Shown here: in pieces, positions 15,170 through 16,518 of the stretch
Position numbering within the stretch: position 1 is the first letter of the stretch
Layout: the number at the start of each line of letters is the position of its first letter
Source: Nitrosopumilaceae archaeon
GTDB taxonomy: Archaea > Thermoproteota > Nitrososphaeria > Nitrososphaerales > Nitrosopumilaceae
Length of the DNA stretch: 16,518 nucleotides
NCBI GenBank assembly: GCA_040877685.1
Contig: JBBDNF010000060.1
Span: 18,817 to 35,334 of the forward strand
Direction: 5' to 3'
Made by a program: the position numbers and the translations under genes
Notes under the pieces: generated by a model
What the model saw: only the letters and a program-made list of their open reading frames with translations
Database searches by the model: none
What the model was told of the DNA's origin: nothing

Positions 15170-15173
15170 AATG
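15134..15173 (+). repeat. direct repeat, left copy (3' end of the integrase gene, ...PSFLEFLKKNK*)
   Basis: Aligns without gaps to 16264..16303 (offset exactly 1130 bp). 30/40 nt are identical by hand count, including the exact 11-mer TTTTGGAATTT. Confidence 0.6.
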
Positions 15174-15183
15174 TATGGATCTG

Positions 15184-15192
15184 TTTTTATCG
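15184..15192 (+). promoter_or_regulatory. candidate TATA box of the nuclease gene
   Basis: TTTTTATCG is centred about 25 nt upstream of the ATG at 15213, implying a leaderless or near-leaderless transcript independent of the integrase. Positional evidence only. Confidence 0.3.
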
Positions 15193-15212
15193 ATCTTTAG
15201 TAGATAGATTAC

Positions 15213-16235
15213 ATGCCATACTGCTCTGGTTGTGGGAATGAAGTTAAATTAGATGCAAAATTCTGTTCTGAGTGCGGAAAAAAGGTAAAAGTTGAACAAG
15301 AAGAACCAGAAGTTTTAGAAACTGACGAACCTGTGGTTGAGATGAAACCTATTACAGAACCTGAACAAATTGAGTCGGATGGTTCACGAATAGGTGGCAG
15401 AGATGGTGGAGAATGGCTAGAAAAAACTGTAGAAAGCATATTCAAAAATGCAAACTTCCAAACTAAAACACAAGAAAACGTTCCTATCATGGGTGAGGAC
15501 TCAAAATCATTCAAGATAGATGTCTTAGCAGATGACGGCAAACATGTGGTGTTTGTTGAATGTAAAGACTACGTCGAACCTCAACAGAAATCATTGTGGG
15601 AATTTATTGGCCAGTTAAAGACGTTCAGAGAGAGACAGAACAGACGGGTAATAGGCGTACTTGCAGTATCAAAAAGAAATGATGATAGGTTCAAAGATTG
15701 GAGAAAAAAACTAGAACAGGATGACTCGGTTCTTTTTGATGGCAGTATAATTGAGAGTTTTCAGACAAAAAGAGCTGAGCTCGGCAATAATGCCGATTTT
15801 TACAATTATCTTGCTAATTTCCTCAATATTGAAGTCAAAAAATCGAATCAGGAAGACAATGCAGTAAAGTACAGAGTCAGATTCAACTTTCGTACAATAG
15901 AACCAAGAGAATACATAGGAGGAAAATATGATCCTCTGATTATTCTGTCAGATATTGAAAAAAAGTTACCTTCTCATATCAAAAGAGCACACTATCAACA
16001 AGATAAAAACTCACCACAGATCTTTGCAGATTATTTCTTTAATTACGATGACCCTAATATTGCAAAACAAGAAAAGAAGGGGTTTTTAGCAAGACTATTG
16101 AGTAATGACTCATACGACAAGTTACTTGAAAAGGACTTGGAGCGAGTAAAAGAGATTATAAAAAAAACATATGGCATAAGCAAAGATAAACAGAACAAAA
16201 TTGAACATACTGTGGCACGGGAAGGCCGTGATTAA
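15213..16235 (+). CDS. zinc-ribbon + Mrr-like PD-(D/E)xK restriction-endonuclease-fold protein with an uncharacterised C-terminal domain
   Basis: 340 aa. C4-x2-C7...C18-x2-C21 zinc ribbon, then an acidic linker. The nuclease core follows: GGEWLEKTVESIF (E67/E70), FKIDVLADDG (D103), VVFVECKDY (E116-x-K118, nt 15558-15566). Residues ~186-340 have no motif I recognise. Confidence 0.8.
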   Translation: MPYCSGCGNEVKLDAKFCSECGKKVKVEQEEPEVLETDEPVVEMKPITEPEQIESDGSRIGGRDGGEWLEKTVESIFKNANFQTKTQENVPIMGEDSKSFKIDVLADDGKHVVFVECKDYVEPQQKSLWEFIGQLKTFRERQNRRVIGVLAVSKRNDDRFKDWRKKLEQDDSVLFDGSIIESFQTKRAELGNNADFYNYLANFLNIEVKKSNQEDNAVKYRVRFNFRTIEPREYIGGKYDPLIILSDIEKKLPSHIKRAHYQQDKNSPQIFADYFFNYDDPNIAKQEKKGFLARLLSNDSYDKLLEKDLERVKEIIKKTYGISKDKQNKIEHTVAREGRD

Positions 16236-16263
16236 CTCTATCACTTAATCAAAACTCTAACTA

Positions 16264-16303
16264 CCTTTGCTTTTGGAATTTTTGAAAAGAAATAAAGAAA
16301 ATT
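16264..16303 (+). repeat. direct repeat, right copy: relic of an integrase-like 3' end (reads PLLLEFLKRNKEN*)
   Basis: In the frame equivalent to the integrase it matches PSFLEFLKKNK at 8/11 residues. It is cut off upstream by an in-frame TAA at 16258-16260, so it is non-functional. Confidence 0.55.
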
Positions 16304-16339
16304 AAAACCTAGGCATTTAATTCCCATAATCTTTCTACC

Positions 16340-16361
16340 GTTGAACCCTTGTTGAACCCTT
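16340..16361. repeat. perfect tandem duplication of the 11-mer GTTGAACCCTT
   Basis: GTTGAACCCTT appears at 16340-16350 and again at 16351-16361, followed by GTTGTTGTTGG. Confidence 0.9.
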
Positions 16362-16374
16362 GTTGTTGTTGGTT

Positions 16375-16427
16375 TTTGGTTATGTTTGGTTCTGTTTTGG
16401 TTGATTCTTGCTAATTTTTGGTTGATT
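16375..16427. repeat. four phased copies of TTTGGTT (two extended to TTTTGGTTGATT)
   Basis: TTTGGTT occurs at 16375, 16385, 16396 and 16417 (spacings 10, 11 and 21 bp). The 12-mer TTTTGGTTGATT occurs at 16395-16406 and 16416-16427. No ORF covers this region on either strand. Confidence 0.85.
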
Positions 16428-16518
16428 TTTGTTCAGTTCAGCTCTGATCTGTTCTGTAGATTTGCAAGGGTATACCCCACACTAGTACACCTAGGTATTC
16501 CATATGTCTGGCATATGT

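Noticed and set aside
10433-15541. Antisense or overlapping ORFs 10433..10663, 10606..10794, 10991..11191, 11161..11355, 12727..12963, 13819..14007, 14644..14844 and 15209..15541
   Set aside because: All are embedded opposite to genes with clear family signatures (SPOUT, psmA, purC, integrase, nuclease). Their compositions are typical of antisense frames, for example the Ser-rich 15209..15541.
16340-16441. Short repeats near the window end considered as a CRISPR array
   Set aside because: The units are 5-12 bp with ~10-bp periodicity and no unique spacers of ~30-40 bp. There is no repeat of CRISPR length and no cas genes.
16441-16518. Minus-strand open frame running in from the window edge (...TYARHMEYLGVLVWGIPLQIYRTDQS*), and the near-palindrome CCATATGTCTGGCATATG at 16500-16517
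   Set aside because: Only 26 codons are visible with no motif, so a coding call is not possible. The palindrome is imperfect and truncated by the window edge.

Overview
AT-rich archaeal chromosomal window, most consistent with an ammonia-oxidising thaumarchaeon (Nitrososphaerota, Nitrosopumilus-like). That assignment rests on the archaeal/eukaryotic-type ribosomal proteins (eS4), an RNase P Rpp29 gene inside the r-protein operon, a proteasome alpha subunit, and the low G+C judged by eye. About half the window (1577-9506, minus strand) is one tightly packed operon: uL3-uL4-uL23-uS19-uL22-uS3-uL29-Rpp29-uS17-uL14-uL24-eS4-uL5-uS14-uS8-uL6. Most junctions are 1- or 4-nt overlaps. uS14 (59 aa) is absent from the ORF track and I recovered it by hand. 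rpl2 is absent from its usual slot between uL23 and uS19. The operon ends after uL6 at a tRNA-Asn(GUU) rather than continuing into the L32e...SecY block. Upstream of the operon lie a SPOUT/DUF171-like methyltransferase, proteasome alpha, a DUF371-like protein, an ArsR-type wHTH regulator, purC and a small membrane-anchored protein. The accessory part begins at about 13.9 kb. It holds an intact-looking tyrosine integrase followed by a 340-aa protein with an N-terminal zinc ribbon, a Mrr-like PD-(D/E)xK nuclease core and an unassignable C-terminal domain. That nuclease gene is bracketed by an imperfect direct repeat whose second copy is a relic of the integrase 3' end. It is followed by a non-coding tract of helically phased short repeats that runs towards the window edge. 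This integrase-nuclease locus is the best candidate here for a mobile-element-borne or defence-type system. Its function and novelty are inference and cannot be confirmed without database and structure searches. No CRISPR array, rRNA or transposase was seen.
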